A stretch of 64,000 bases of DNA from Reclinomonas americana ATCC 50394 (taxonomy: Eukaryota): assembly GCA_048213135.1 (NCBI GenBank), contig PS015222.1:1-64000 (forward strand), in the 5' to 3' direction. The notes under the pieces were generated by a model. The model saw only the letters and a list, made by a program, of their open reading frames with translations. It was not told where the DNA came from and searched no databases. Below are positions 1 through 13,754 of this stretch, in pieces (the stretch's first letter is position 1; every line of letters begins with the position of its first letter). The position numbers and the translations under genes are program-made.

Positions 1-228
1 TCAACAGAGCAGCATCACATCGCAGCGCAACATGGATCGTCGATACGACGCCCGCGCGATCGACTTGGTCCTCCTGCGCCCGCCTCCTCCTCATCGCGTT
101 GTCGCGACTGTCGTACTCTGCGTCGCACAGCTGCCGACGAGGGCGTCTCCACGTGCCCATTCGGCATCGTGATGCGCACGTGATGAGCGGCCGGCAGTGA
201 TACCGTTGTCTGTTGAATAACACATGTG

Positions 229-261
<33 letters not shown>

Positions 262-671
262 TGTGTGTGTGAGAGAGAGAAGGCCTCTGCCACCACTTGC
301 ACACACTTACGGCGGGGTGCATGCGTGTCTCTCTCTCACTCTCTTTGTGTGCGCTTGCTCACCACGACAGGCGGTGGCGTGACGGCCTCATCAACCACCT
401 CCGATTCCTCGTCGTGTGCTGTGCGTGCGTGCGTGAGTGAGCGAGAGAGAGAGAGAGTGCGCGTGTGTGTGACGATCGCAATGACCATGGCAGGGGCGCG
501 CACACACACACAACGCGCTGCAATGATAAAAGAGCACCATGCATGCCTCCATTATTCTCTCGCATGGGCGACGAGGCAGGGACGGAGGAGGCTGTTCATC
601 ATCATCATTGCAAAGTGCTCACCTTGCGATGCTGGTGATAATGGCGGTGGTGCCTGCTCTGGTGCAGACAT
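1..671 (-). CDS. 5' part of a multi-exon hypothetical protein (runs off the window)
   Basis: Exon-like low-complexity segments (MSAPEQAPPPLSPASQ, HDEESEVVDEAVTPPPVV, MPNGHVETPSS...) separated by GT..AG, CT/GT-repeat-rich introns. No family recognised. Confidence 0.35.
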
Positions 672-926
672 TACCCCTCCCGACGACTCCCCAAAGTGCG
701 ACGACGCCTGAGTGGCGCAAGAATAGAACAAAAGAAGTGCCAGCAGGACTTGCGCGCGTTTACTCACGTAAGTCACGCATATCATTCACCGCCATCACCC
801 GTCATCCATCCATCACTCAACAAGTGCTTCTCCCTCCCGCGTGCATGCGCCTGTCGCCATCAACAACAACGACAACAAAGAACAAAGAACGTAGAGGAAC
901 GTCACTCGACGAGAAATACGAGTGTT

Positions 927-1637
927 TTAGTGGTGCTCCTCCTTGCCGCACTGTATAACAAGTAAGCAACCCACTCATTGGAGGGCATGTAGCTCTCTCT
1001 CTCTCTCTTGCTGGGACGCAACGTCAGGCTGGAAGAGAGTGCAGTCCTTGTTGGCCCAGGGGAAGGGCTTGTGGGACACCGTGGCCTGCTTGTGGAACGT
1101 CTTGTAGGCGAACGGCTTCTGCTCGTGGTGGTGGCTGTGGTCACTGTGGAGCACACCAGGCAAAAAGAGACACGGGGAGGGAGAGCGTGAGAGAGTGATG
1201 CGCCATCTCGATGCCCCGTCTCCCTCTCCCTCTCTGTGCGTGCGTGCGTGTGTGTGTGCACAAGTGGAGCGTGTTACGCAACCCGCCAAAGAGCACCACC
1301 GCGCCCTGTGCAACAACACAGAATCAGTTTCATCACAAGTTGCATTTCTCTCTCTCTCTCTTGTATGTCGACGCAACAAACACGGGCACGGCGACCATGC
1401 CGGCGTAGCTGACCAGCCGCCAGGTGTTGGTCGAGTTGCCGTGGCCACCAGCACCTACCACACACAAAGTGTGAGAAAAGAGAGATACGCTCAAGATGCA
1501 AGATGCGGTCGACAGTTAACATGACACTCACACACACACACAGAGGAAGGAGTGTGCATTCACACAGGCACACAGACAGAGGAGACGCAACTCGATGACA
1601 TTGCGCGTCGCGCACCACGAACGAAAGCGCCTGACAT
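927..1637 (-). CDS. COX6A: Cytochrome c oxidase subunit 6A (5 exons)
   Basis: Spliced product MSGAFVRGARRAMSS-SAGGHGNSTNTWRLVSYAGMVAVPVF-GAVVLFG-GDHSHHHEQKPFAYKTFHKQATVSHKPFPWANKDCTLFQPD-CGKEEHH*. It shows a mitochondrial presequence, a W-x-x-x-S helix and the KPFPW..C.LF motif. All four introns start GTTGCG. Confidence 0.8.
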
Positions 1638-1839
1638 TGTCTTTGTGAAGAAGTGTTTGTATGAATGGGGGTCACCGTGACCAGGCAGTGGAATGAAATC
1701 GCGCGACGGCAACCCAAGATCAAAAAAAATCCTTCTTTCGCACACTCTCGCTCGGTTGCTCTTTACCACGGTCTGCGCGCACGAGTGTGTGTGTGAGTGA
1801 GTGAGAGAGAGAAAGAGAGAAAGAGCACAGCAGAGAAAG

Positions 1840-4800
1840 ATGAGTGGAGCTCCCACAGAATCAAAAGCAGCTGACGCATCGTCACCACCACCTCCACGGC
1901 GTCCACTGAGAAGAAGACCCGGTGCTGGTAGTGGCCAACAACAGCAGCAGCAAGCGGCCGACGGCGACGACGAGTACGACAGCGATGATGACCGCACACA
2001 GCGGGAGATACTCGAGGAGTTGGCCGCACAACTCAGTCGCGGCAGCCGTCGTGGACTCGCCGCCAGTGACAGTGGCATTGGTGACGAGGATGACGAGGAT
2101 GAGGAGGTGTATGACCCGCATGCAGGCGACGACGCACTCACACGCAGGCAACGCGCGGCGGCCGCGGCCGCAGCACTGGCGGCGTTTGGTGGGGTTGGCT
2201 CGTTGGGCGCGGCCGGGAGTGAGCTGCTCTCGGTCGACGAGTCGTGGCTGCGTGGTCTCTCCATGTCGCTGCCGACGCAGTTGTGTGAGCAAGGTGTGTG
2301 TGTTTGCCCTTGCCCCCTTTCGCGCCATGTCGCCTCTCTCTCTCTCCACTGCTCTCACACGCCAGCGCGCAGTGCTGTTGCGTGGGCGACGTGCGTCGGC
2401 GGTGTATCACACGGCGACGCACAACTCGCCGACGACGCTGTCGGGTGTGGCGGCGAGGAATCGTGAGAGTGCGGGTGTGCTGCATCACTCTGATTTGCCG
2501 TACTTTGGCGACGATGATCAGCGCGTGGCTGGTGGTGCTGGTGGTGGTGCGGGCGATGGCAGTGCAGGTGGTGATGGGCGGTTGATGGGCGCGCTGGGCA
2601 GTGGTGGGAGTGTGGGCGCCGGTGGCTACGGCGGCGGAAGTGATACGTCATCGCAGACGGGAACGGCGCTGGCTGGCACGTCGCCGCCACCCGTGCCGGA
2701 GCCTCTAACGCGTGCCGAGCGGTGCGTCTGTGTGTATGTGTGTGGACAAGCGGAGGGGAGAGGAGCCCTGGATTCATTCCTTCTGGTACTCATCGCTGTT
2801 GTTGTTCCGCAGCGATCGATCGCTGGGCATTCTGTTGAGCATTCCTGCGGAGGACTTTACGCCACCGCGACGCAGTGGTGATCGCCGTCGGGGACTGCTC
2901 AGCGGCGGTGTTGGCGGTGGCGGCGGTGGCGGTGGCGGCGATGATTCTCCCGAGCCTGCGGATGCGACGCACTCGTCCTTGTCGCCGTCACGTCGCATTG
3001 GGCGGGCATCGTCGGCGTCACCGTCGGCCTCGCCGGTGCGATCGTCACCCAAGCACGGTGCAGGAACACCGGCGTCTCCCAAAAAGGGCACACCGGAGGG
3101 AGTCGGTGGTGCTGCGGCGACGGTTCGTCTTCTCAGTCCGGCGGCATTGACACGCGTCCCCGCCCCCGCGATGTGCATGTGACTCATTTTTCTCGCACTG
3201 CGCCACAGATTGGTGTATTCGAGGCTAGTGCACTGGTCGGGCACACATTTCCTGTCACGCCAGCACCCAAGACACGCCGTGCCATGCCCACGCCGGCGGG
3301 GAGGTCGACACTCTTTGATCGGAGGTATGAGCAAATCATCTGTGTATTTTCCTCGTCGTCCTTCTCATCCAGGAGTGGCAGAGTACGCAACGCGGGCACA
3401 GCCGGCACCGAGACAGTAGACGCGCTGGAGCGACGATTGGCCACACTGAAGCAGCAGACGGACGAGGACATTCGCGTGTTCTTGCACGACATTGAGGGAT
3501 TCGAGACCAAGGCGTGCACGAGTGAGGGCCAGATTCGTGGCATCCGACTGTTGAAGGAGAAGTCGCAGTTGATTCTCGACACGCCTGTGCAAGAGTTGCG
3601 CAATGGCGAGCGGTTACGCAAGCTCATTGAGGAGATTGAGAATGTGGAGGAGGACAAGTCGTACGTCAATGGCGACGAAGTGAGCAACATTCTGCGCAAA
3701 TATGCGCGCAAGCTCATGTTCCTCCTGTCGCGCATCACTCGCCTGACGGCCTACCTGGTGCGTTGTTGGCTATCTTTCGCCCAGTGCGTGTGTCGCTGTG
3801 ACTCACTCGCTTGCGTCTCCCGTAGACGGAGAACGTGCCGGCCAGCGGCACGCCAGTCGGCACAAAAAACGGAACTACGTCGTCTCGCAGCAAGATGCGC
3901 AAGCAGAATACGTTTGTTGGGTTGCCTGGTGGGCCTCCACACCCGCCGAACAGTCCAACATCGCGAGCGCGGCGTGGGAGTGGCATTCGACGCAACCCGA
4001 CCATGGGCGAGCTGGCGGATCCTCTCACGGAAATCAGCGGCCATTTGGATGTGCAGGTGGCCGACCGCGTCGCCGAGGAATCGGGGTTCAAGCCGCAGCA
4101 TCTATCGCCTCCGAAAGCCTCGGGTGCCACCGATCGAATGGCGGTGTCGGCGGAAGGGGTGCGCCGTCGCCAGCGATGTCGTCATTTTTGCACCTCCCCC
4201 TCGGCTCATACTCTCCCCCACGCAGACACCGGCAACCACACCGAGTCAAACGCCTCCCAAGTCGCCACACTTGCTCTCCAGGAAATCCCCGCCACCTGCC
4301 GCCGACCACGGAGCGGCCTCGCTTGAACCACTGACTCCCTCGACGATTTTCATTCCGCCGCCACCGGCCTCGGTCCACAGATTATCCGTCACCACCGCAC
4401 CGGCGACCACTACCACCACCACGACGACAACGACAACAACGCCGGCAGCAGCAGCAGCAGATTCGGCGACACCATCAACACCTCCCGCGCTGGCGGTGTC
4501 AACGCCATTCACTCCCGTGCCAAGAGGTTCAGGTCCCCTGCAGATCTCATTAACTCGAGCGAGTGGTGGCGATGGAGGTAGCGAAGGAGGCAGGGGTCCG
4601 GGCGATGGCGGTAGCTCGGCACTCGACGCTTCGGCCGTCACATTGGATTTCACGCCGCCGAGTCAGACTGACCGTCCACAGACGCCACCGCCATTATCGC
4701 CGATTGACGTGGCGTTGCATGAGCGAATGCCGACGGCCACTGGAAGCGATGAAACGGTATCGCCGTCGGATGCCACATCGCCCAACACACCCAGCGACGT

Positions 4801-7800
4801 GTTGTCGCCGGCTTCGCCTCCCGAGAGTGTATCGTCGGTGGGCGGCTCGGCGAAAAAGGTGACGCACACGCACGCACACACACACAGAGGTTGGAAACCC
4901 TGTTGATCATTATTTTTTGCTGACACATTGTGTTGGTCATTTTCGTGATGATGCCAGGGTACTTGGTTGACTCGCGTATTCGCCAAATTGGGCCTGCGGT
5001 CCAAGAACACAGATGACGCCAGCGGCAGCGGCTCGGCCACTCCCTCTGCCGCCGCACCGCAGGCTGGCCGCGCAGCCGCCGACACGCCAGCCAGTTCCAG
5101 GGGGATGCACACGCCGGCCTCTGCCTCGAGTGCCGTCGTGCCGCTTGGTTCGCCCGGTCAGGTGCTCTCGTCGCCGGAGAGTGACGGACTCGGACGCAGT
5201 ACCGTGTTCACACCGGATAGCATGGCCTCAGTGCCGCCGCTCTCGCCGACAGGCGAGCTGAGTGGCACCGGGCAGTATCGCGGACGTCTTCTCGCGGGGA
5301 ATGATGATGATGATGACGACGACAGCAGCAGTGCTGCGCACCAGGTACATTGCCGTGTCGTGCGTGACTCCAGGTGGTTCCACACAAGCTGACTCGAAGA
5401 AAACAAATGTGAACAGGCTGCGCTGGAACCGCTGCACCCGATCGCTCTGCAAGTTGGTGGCGTGCCACCTCAGCCAATGTCTACTGGATCTATCGATTCA
5501 GCAGGTGTGTATCATTCTCTCTCGCCCATTGCGGTGACTTTGCCACCCGCATCATTCATTGACACCTGCACGCAGATGGGTCAAGTCCCACAGTCCCGCC
5601 ACTTTATCACAATCGCCCGCGCACAGCTGTCGGCAGCTACACGTATTCACCACCGACGAGCGCGCGATCAGCACCTCCACTTATTCGACGCCACTCGGAC
5701 TTGCCGGCTCCGACGCCGCAGAGTCCGGTGGCACTCGATCTCTTGTGCCGCATCTGCGAGGAGGTGGTGCCAGTGGACATGCTGGAGGAGCATTCGCGCC
5801 ATTGCACCAAGTTCAGCAACAGTGGTGTCAAGGCATCGAGCTGCGACGAGAGATTACGCAAGGTGTGGCGAAGAGAAAGTGTGTGGGCGTGTTGAGTGTG
5901 CGGGCGACGTGCTCATCTCCGCCGCAGCTGGCACGAGCGTTGCGCAAGAAGATGCCGCAGGGAGCCGAGAACTGGGTACGTACTCTTCTCCCGTGCGCAT
6001 CACCACCCCTTATTTCACTCATCTGTGTCTGTTGCAGGACGAGGCCACGGTGAATGCTTGTGAGGATGCGGACATTCCGGTGATGCGAAACTTGTACCTG
6101 CTGGCCATGCAGTTGAGTGTGCTGTCGCCCTACTTCCATTGATCTTTTCACATCGCTCACCACATTTCGTTTGTCGGCACACAGCGTCTTGAAGCTGAAC
6201 TGTGGCCCGTACGAGTCGCCCGTGGCTTGCCAGACGCTCTTCTCACACATTAGCCATCTCATTCAAGTGCGTACTCTCCTCGATTCTCGCCATTACGAGC
6301 TGTCTGTCACTCACCCTCCCCCACACAGGAGAGTGCACCACACATCAACGAAAACCTCATGGTGTTTGCGCGGCGTATCGAGAGTGTGGTGGCTGACAAG
6401 CTGGCGGCACTCAAGGATGGTGCCGCGTCGGCTGCCGGTCGTTACATGTCGACTGTGGCGGGATCGAGGACGCACTCGCGTCGCAACTCGTCGTCGTCAC
6501 TGGACCAGTTCCAACCGGATTCAGTTGCGACGCGCAGAGCTTTTTGCTTTATTTGCCTATTGCGTTGCTCACACATGGTAATGCTTTGTGCTAGTTACAG
6601 CTTGGCCTGATGCCTCCCAGTCCGAATCCCGAGCTCGGAAGGAAGAGCATGGACTCGATGTCGCCGCGTGTGCCTCGAGGACGCGAAGAGATTGACTCAC
6701 CGGTGAGTGCCAATTGATTGATGTTTGTCGTTTTGTCTGTCGCCCTGATCACTTCTCACTGATAATGACATGATTGGTGGCGTCAGCTGTCGAGCCGAAG
6801 TCAAGAGCACCCGCACATCTCGCTGGACTCGAATCCATTCGGGATTGGTGTTACGGGTGCCGGTTCTGGGTCGGATTACAACTCGCCACGCCTGCCGGGC
6901 TCGTCGGACTCGCCGCAGTTGTTTGGCTCCGAGGCGCAGTCGCCCAACATGCACGGCGATCACACGTACCACATGTCTGGCCAGTCGCACTCGCCCTTTG
7001 CGCACGACTTTGTTGGCGACGACACGTTCTGTTGCGTAGAGGAAGGCATGTCACAGAACAGAAGTTCCTCGCTTACCGATCGAGTGTCGCAGCGTCCAAC
7101 ATGAGTACCCCGCGACGATTCGAGGAGAGCGAGGATGCGAGCTTCCTGTCGGAGCCGAATACCCCGCGCCTGTTGTCAAGGGTGAGTTGGGACGGCGGTG
7201 CTATCCTTTCTCTCCCCACTGGTGGGTGGCTGGCTCACCTCGTGGCGCTCACACAGCCCAAGTCGCGTGGCATGTCGATTCGCGACTTCCGTGTCATCAA
7301 GTGCATCTCTCGAGGTGCATTTGGGCGCGTGTTCCTGGCGCGCAAGCTCTCGACTGGCGACCTGTACGCCATCAAGGTGCTGCGCAAGGACGAAATGGTG
7401 CGGCGGAAGCAGGTGAAGCGCGTGCTGGCCGAGCGCGATGTGCTGGCACAGACCAGCAACCCGTTCCTCGTGCGCTTCTACTACTCGTTCCAGGGCAAGG
7501 TGAAGCACAAAAAAAGATAGCTTTTGTGTGTGTGTGTGTGTGTGTGTGGCGTGTTGTGATGATGCTGACTCGCAACCCGCTTGCATCGCAGAAACATTTG
7601 TATCTGGTGATGGAGTTCCTCAACGGCGGTGACTTGTTCGCGCTGCTACAGCGTTTCGGCGAGTTCCCCGAAAACATGGCACGGCAGTACATTGCCGAAG
7701 TCGTGTTGGCTCTCGAGTATCTGCATTCGCACGACATTTTGCACCGGTGTGTTTTTGTGTGTGAAACGAAAGAAAAAATATGTCAGTGGCCTCGCACTCA

Positions 7801-10800
7801 TTGATTGTTTGTCCCACCGCAGTGACATCAAGCCGGATAACATGCTGATCACAACCGATGGGCACGTGAAGCTGTCTGACTTTGGCCTCGCTCGTGCCGG
7901 CCTTGTTGACGGTGACGTACTGCATTATCACTGGTACTCACCGTCTTATAACTGAACCCATCTTTGTGTGCATCTGTGTATCAACCACACAGACCCGTTC
8001 ATGGACGAGACGGTGGACATGACTGGCAAGTCGCCGATGCGCCCACCGCCGTCGGCCATGTCGCCAACTGGTGAAAAAGAGGGTCGACGCGAGCGTCTCG
8101 GCAGCGCGTGCGGCAGTCCGGATTATATGAGTCCCGAGGTGCTGCTCGGCCTCGAACAGAGTTGCGTGCTTTTGCTGGGCTCCATCGTGTATGTTGTGCA
8201 CGGCGGCGGCGAACTCATGCACGACGCAGGTGCCGCGATCGATTGGTGGTCGGTTGGCGTCTGTCTGTTCGAGTTCCTCACCGGCTGCCCACCCTTCAAC
8301 GACGCCACGCCCGAGGCAATCTTTGACAACATTCTCTCACTGAGTTGAGCCACCGACGTGCACTCTATTGCACTCTACGTGCGCGATTGTGCTCACTTCA
8401 CCCTGCCGTAGACATTCCGTGGGACGATCTGCCGGAGGATGTGTCGGAGGATGCACGCGACTTGATCAAGCAATTCTTGCGTCGTGATCCCAATCGTCGA
8501 CTTGGAGCGCATGGTGAGTGTGTGATAAGGACTCTCTAGTTGCCTTCTCCCGCCGCATCCTCACGGCATTGTCATCGCGTGTCGCAGGTGCTGCTGAAAT
8601 CAAGGCACACCCGTTCTTTGCGACCATTGACTGGGAGAACATTCATCGTCAGCGAGCCGAGTATGTGCCCGAGACTGGTGACGACGAGGACACGTCGCTG
8701 TTCGAAGGTGTGAACCCGCAGTCGCGCAATGATGCTGTGCGTGTCGCCCTCACTCATCACCACTCGTGCAGAGAGACACGCTGTGTATCCCATCAAATCC
8801 GACGTCATTTCCGACGACGACGAGTCCTCGAGCTCGGACTCCAGCACCAAGGAGGAGCGCAGTGCAGCCGCCGACGCAGAAACAGTGCGTGAGCTTTCTT
8901 TTGCGTATTCACCCCTTCTCCCGCAAGCTCACTGGCTCGCCTTTATCGAGCAGGTCGATTCGGACGACAGTGATGCCGACGAATTCCTGGGCTTCAACAT
9001 CACGAACGCCACCAACTTGGCAAAGCTCACCTCCGAACAGGCTCCGGCATACAGCAGTGTGGCCGCAACCATGGTCGACAGCACCGGCTCGTCGGGCATG
9101 ACGCCGGGTGGGTCGCCGCACATGGGCGGCACGCTGAGTGACCGCGGCGTCACGCCTGAATCGTTGTCACTGGACCAGGTGCGGCGTGCCCCCACCCCTA
9201 TTCTCCATTGCTTCTTCTCACTATTTTTTGTGACTGGCTGTAGGTCACAATGACACCGAGCACGCATCTGGATGTGTGCTACACGAGTGACAGCGAGGCA
9301 GCCGACAGCAGTGAGCACAGTTCGCGTGAAGTTGTNNNNNNNNNNNNNNNNNNNNNNNNNNNNNNNNNNNNNNNNNNNNNNNNNNNNNNNNNNNNNNNNN
9401 NNNNNNNNNNNNNNNNNNNNNNNNNNNNNNNNNNNNNNNNNNNNNNNNNNNNNNNNNNNNNNNNNNNNNNNNNNNNNNNNNNNNNNNNNNNNNNNNNNNN
9501 NNNNNNNNNNNNNNNNNNNNNNNNNNNNNNNNNNNNNNNNNNNNNNNNNNNNNNNNNNNNNNNNNNNNNNNNNNNNNNNNNNNNNNNNNNNNNNNNNNNN
9601 NNNNNNNNNNNNNNNNNNNNNNNNNNNNNNNNNNNNNNNNNNNNNNNNNNNNNNNNNNNNNNNNNNNNNNNNNNNNNNNNNNNNNNNNNNNNNNNNNNNN
9701 NNNNNNNNNNNNNNNNNNNNNNNNNNNNNNNNNNNNNNNNNNNNNNNNNNNNNNNNNNNNNNNNNNNNNNNNNNNNNNNNNNNNNNNNNNNNNNNNNNNN
9801 NNNNNNNNNNNNNNNNNNNNNNNNNNNNNNNNNNNNNNNNNNNNNNNNNNNNNNNNNNNNNNNNNNNNNNNNNNNNNNNNNNNNNNNNNNNNNNNNNNNN
9901 NNNNNNNNNNNNNNNNNNNNNNNNNNNNNNNNNNNNNNNNNNNNNNNNNNNNNNNNNNNNNNNNNNNNNNNNNNNNNNNNNNNNNNNNNNNNNNNNNNNN
10001 NNNNCAATGTGGTGATGCCGCAGATGCAGAGCTCACGGCACGCATCGACTGTTGGTCCATTTGTCGGTGGCTCGTTTGTGTCCACGGGTCACAATCAGCA
10101 GCACTTCCACCAGCAGAATCTGCCGCCCGGTGCGCGCATGCCTCTGCATGCACGGCGCAAGCAGCAACAGCAACAGCAAGTGCACTCGGCTCACTCGCAT
10201 CACGCGTCGACCGGCAGCAGCACCGCCCCATTCAGTGCCGTCGTGTCGCGTGGGCAGTCGTCGCCCAACATTGCCGCCACCGTGGATCCGGCACTGTTGG
10301 TGAACCGCGGCAACATTTGGCTGCGCCACAACACCAATCCCGACGGCCTGTACCCGATGGAGGACGGCGATGTGAGTTCACCGCTCTCCTCCTCCTCCTC
10401 GTCGTCGCGGCCTCGCTCGTCGTCGCTGCCGCAGGGCACGGTGTCGCCACCGGCGGCGCTCATTGGTGCACACATTGAGCCGCTGAGTCGGGAGCTGTGT
10501 GGCGATGCGTATTCGCCAGAGCCGGCGTTCTCCGACCCCGGTGACGACGACCACTCGAGCGATGCGCTCGATTCCAGTGCCCTCACCGGCAGCTTCGCGG
10601 CGAGCACGCCAGCCGGTGCCGATTTGTCAATAGGCAGCGCCTCTGCTGGTGTATCCGGCGGTGGCGCCGGCTTGTCGGGTTCGCTGAGTGTGGGAGGCAC
10701 CACTGGTGCAGCCGGTGGTGGTGGTGGTGGTGGTAGTGGACTGGACTCGAGCTTGTCGTGCAACAGCACGGCGTCGAGGTGCGTAGTTGGTTTACTTGTC

Positions 10801-11393
10801 ATGCATGCATAGGCGGGGCCAAACAATGTGAGAATTCACACCGTGTACCTGCAGCTTTGGCGACGATCTCAGCAGCCCAGCATCGATGGGACTCGTTGGT
10901 TCGCCGCGTGCACTTGTCGGACCACCGCCTCCTCCGCGACGGCCGTCTCCACGAGGGTCGCTGATGGTTCCCATCAAACACTCANNNNNNNNNNNNNNNN
11001 NNNNCTTCGTCGTCGGCACATCAACAACAACAACAACCGCAGCAGCCGCAACAGCAGCAGCAGCAGCATCCTGCAGCACATCCGTCTCGATCGGAACCGA
11101 TTCTGCGTGACGTGCTGATGGGCGACGACGATTTGGACGACGACGAAACCACGGGCGACGACGACACTCCGGACCAGGTGCAGATCCTGTCGGATCGTCG
11201 ATTCTCACCGCAATTCGGTCGTCCGCGTCGCGCCGAATCCGATCCCACCGTGCCTCATCGACAGCTGGTGGTGCCCCCACTTCCCAAGCCTCCCTCCGCG
11301 CCCAAATCCCCAGAGATGCCGTCGGCAGCGACAGCGGCACGCGCTGCGCCAGCCCCGAGTGGTACCGGCGGCGGCGATCGCTCATCACGATAG
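1840..11393 (+). CDS. Large AGC Ser/Thr kinase of the IRE/IREH1-Rim15-Greatwall type (multi-exon, spans two gaps)
   Basis: Kinase motifs at ~7270-8630: [24 protein letters not shown] followed by an insert, [15 protein letters not shown]. It also has the C2HC finger [20 protein letters not shown] (~5745-5805) and an IRE-like helical N-domain ([12 protein letters not shown]...[12 protein letters not shown]). Confidence 0.88.
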
Positions 11394-12124
11394 GGCGTGG
11401 TGGTGTATCATTATTGTTGCTTGATTTTTTGTTCTGCATGTATTCTGTTTAACGTCCCTAATCTCTCTCTTCTCTCTCTCTGTTCTCTCTCCATTTGTAT
11501 CCTGTTTCGCAATACTTTCGTCTTTTCTTTATATACGTGAATCGTATTTTTCTTTATGCAGGTGTGTGCGTGTGTGTGCGTGTGCAGCGTGAAGGAATGA
11601 AATTACCGCTTGTGCACTGTGTATGTACTAGGCGGGCGCTCGACACACGACCAATGTGTGCTATGCAATTGAAACAACAGTCAGACAGATTCACGGCAAA
11701 GACGACAGCGGTGCGACGGACGCAACATGGAGACCGCACGATACCGATTCGACAAACATTTCGCCCAGTCCACTCACTACAATGCACAGTGAGGCGCAGC
11801 GATGCAACCCAAACTGCATGGCACATAACGTACCGAGGGTGGGATTGTACTGGTCAAAGAGATTGCCGAGACCGAGCTGGAAATGACCGCCGTGGCCCCA
11901 CATCCACAGCTCGCCCGAGGCTGCATTCCAGTGGCGCGGCATCAGTGGCAGTAACGAGTGAGACAAGAGAGAGAAACAGCGTCGCGTAACTGGTCGTGGC
12001 GCCGGCGTGAGCTAAACCTAGCGACAAGCTGGCCACTCGTCTCTCCGCACCACGCAGTTCGTCAATTGACAGCGGTATCTGTCACAACACAAAGGAGAGA
12101 CAGTCGGCGATCTATTTGGGGTGA

Positions 12125-12480
12125 TGTGTGGCGATCAACGCGCTGCTGACCCTCTGCACGGTGATACCGCTGCCGAGTCCCAGTTTTCCGTGGTCACCTT
12201 GGCCCCACGAGATGACTCCTTGCGTGTCTGCGAGTGCNNNNNNNNNNNNNNNNNNNNNNNNNNNNNNNNNNNNNNNNNNNNNNNNNNNNNNNNNNNNNNN
12301 NNNNNNNNNNNNNNNNNNNNNNNNNNNNNNNNNNNNNNNNNNNNNNNNNNNNNNNNNNNNNNNNNNNNNNNNNNNNNNNNNNNNNNNNNNNNNNNNNNNN
12401 NNNNNNNNNNNNNNNNNNNNNNNNNNNNNNNNNNNNNNNNNNNNNNNNNNNNNNNNNNNNNNNNNNNNNAGGTACGTTTC

Positions 12481-12517
<37 letters not shown>

Positions 12518-12619
12518 GCACGCGCAGAGAGCACTGACCACGACAAGACGAGTCGCGAAGACGAAGGATTCTTTGTCGCATGTTTGTGCTGTTGCTCCTG
12601 GTGGTGGTGGTGGTGGTGA
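12125..12619 (+). CDS. Possible small gene interrupted by a gap, ending ...FFVACLCCCSWWWWWW*
   Basis: Donor GTACGT just after the gap and an acceptor at ~12526. The product is not recognised. Confidence 0.2.
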
Positions 12620-12758
12620 CTGAGAAGACGCGACTGTAGCACCCACGAGTGTCGCAGAGGCGTCACTAAAGCCAAGGAAGACCGCACTGCTCTCCGTGCA
12701 AACATCTTCCGTTGTTGATTGTGTCCTGTGCCCTCCGTTCACTTCAAACATCGTATCG

Positions 12759-13754
12759 ATGTCTCGCGCGCCACTACTACCACAAGCAACCACCGACGGT
12801 GTGTTCCTCACCGACGGCGGCATTGAGACCACACTGATCTTCCACGAGGGCTTTGAGCTGCCGCACTTTGCGTCGTTTGTGCTGTTGGAGACGGAGAAAG
12901 GGCGAGCGGCGTTGCGTGCATACTATGAGCGCTACGTGCGCGTGGCAGTCGCTGTCGAGTGTGCAGGCTTTGTGCTGGAGACGCCGACGTGGCGCGCCAG
13001 TCGCGACTGGGCCGCCAAGCTCGATCTCACCGAGGAGAGCATCGCGGAGGTCAATCGTCGTGCGGTGCTCCTCATGCAGCAGGTCCGCGACTCGTTCTCC
13101 GGATCCGGCGCCTCTGTGGAGCACATGGCGATGGTGATCAGTGGGTGCGTGGGACCGCAAGGGGACGGGTACCGCCCATCGCGGCTGATGGATGAGGACG
13201 AGGCGCAGCGGTATCACAGTGCGCAAGTGGAGACGCTGGCCGGCGCCGCCGTGGACATGGTCACTGCCATCACCATGACGTATCCGGCCGAGGCCATTGG
13301 AGTGGTGCGTGCAGCGCGGGTGGCTGGCGTGCCCGTGGCGGTGTCGTTCACGGTGGAGACCGACGGGAGGCTGCCGAGCGGCCACTCGCTGCGCGAGGCC
13401 GTGGAGCAGGTCGACGCGGCCACCGACTCCTACTGCGCCTACTTTATGATCAACTGCGCACATCCGACGCACTTTACGCACGTGCTGCTGGGGAGCGGAG
13501 AGGAGAGCGATGATGCGGGGTGGCTGCAGCGAGTGCGTGGCCTGCGTGCCAATGCCTCCAAGTGCAGCCACGCCGAGCTCGACGAGTGCACCGAACTGGA
13601 CGCCGGCGATCCCGACGAGTTGGCCGCCGACTACCGTCGTCTCCGCGAACGCCTGCCGTGGCTGACGGTGCTCGGCGGCTGCTGCGGCACCGACCATCGG
13701 CACCTCGAGAGAATTGCGGCCTGCGTATGCTCACCATCACCTCCCCATTCATAA
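12759..13754 (+). CDS. Homocysteine S-methyltransferase family protein, intronless, bacterial-like
   Basis: Single uninterrupted ORF with LTDGGIETTLIFH, GPQGDGY, SFTVETDGRLPSG and the Zn-ligand motifs INCAHP and GGCCG. Confidence 0.93.
   Translation: MSRAPLLPQATTDGVFLTDGGIETTLIFHEGFELPHFASFVLLETEKGRAALRAYYERYVRVAVAVECAGFVLETPTWRASRDWAAKLDLTEESIAEVNRRAVLLMQQVRDSFSGSGASVEHMAMVISGCVGPQGDGYRPSRLMDEDEAQRYHSAQVETLAGAAVDMVTAITMTYPAEAIGVVRAARVAGVPVAVSFTVETDGRLPSGHSLREAVEQVDAATDSYCAYFMINCAHPTHFTHVLLGSGEESDDAGWLQRVRGLRANASKCSHAELDECTELDAGDPDELAADYRRLRERLPWLTVLGGCCGTDHRHLERIAACVCSPSPPHS

Noticed and set aside
539-958. Plus-strand ORF resembling a secreted peptide precursor (hydrophobic stretch, KERR, C-terminal Cys pair)
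   Set aside because: Its tail is antisense to the last COX6A exon and its body is antisense to another minus-strand gene, so it is a shadow ORF.
11495-12120. Short ORFs or a possible ncRNA between the kinase and the methyltransferase
   Set aside because: No recognisable protein motif, tRNA fold or convincing snoRNA box arrangement.
12777-13703. 308-aa minus-strand ORF
   Set aside because: It is the antisense shadow of the GC-rich methyltransferase gene.
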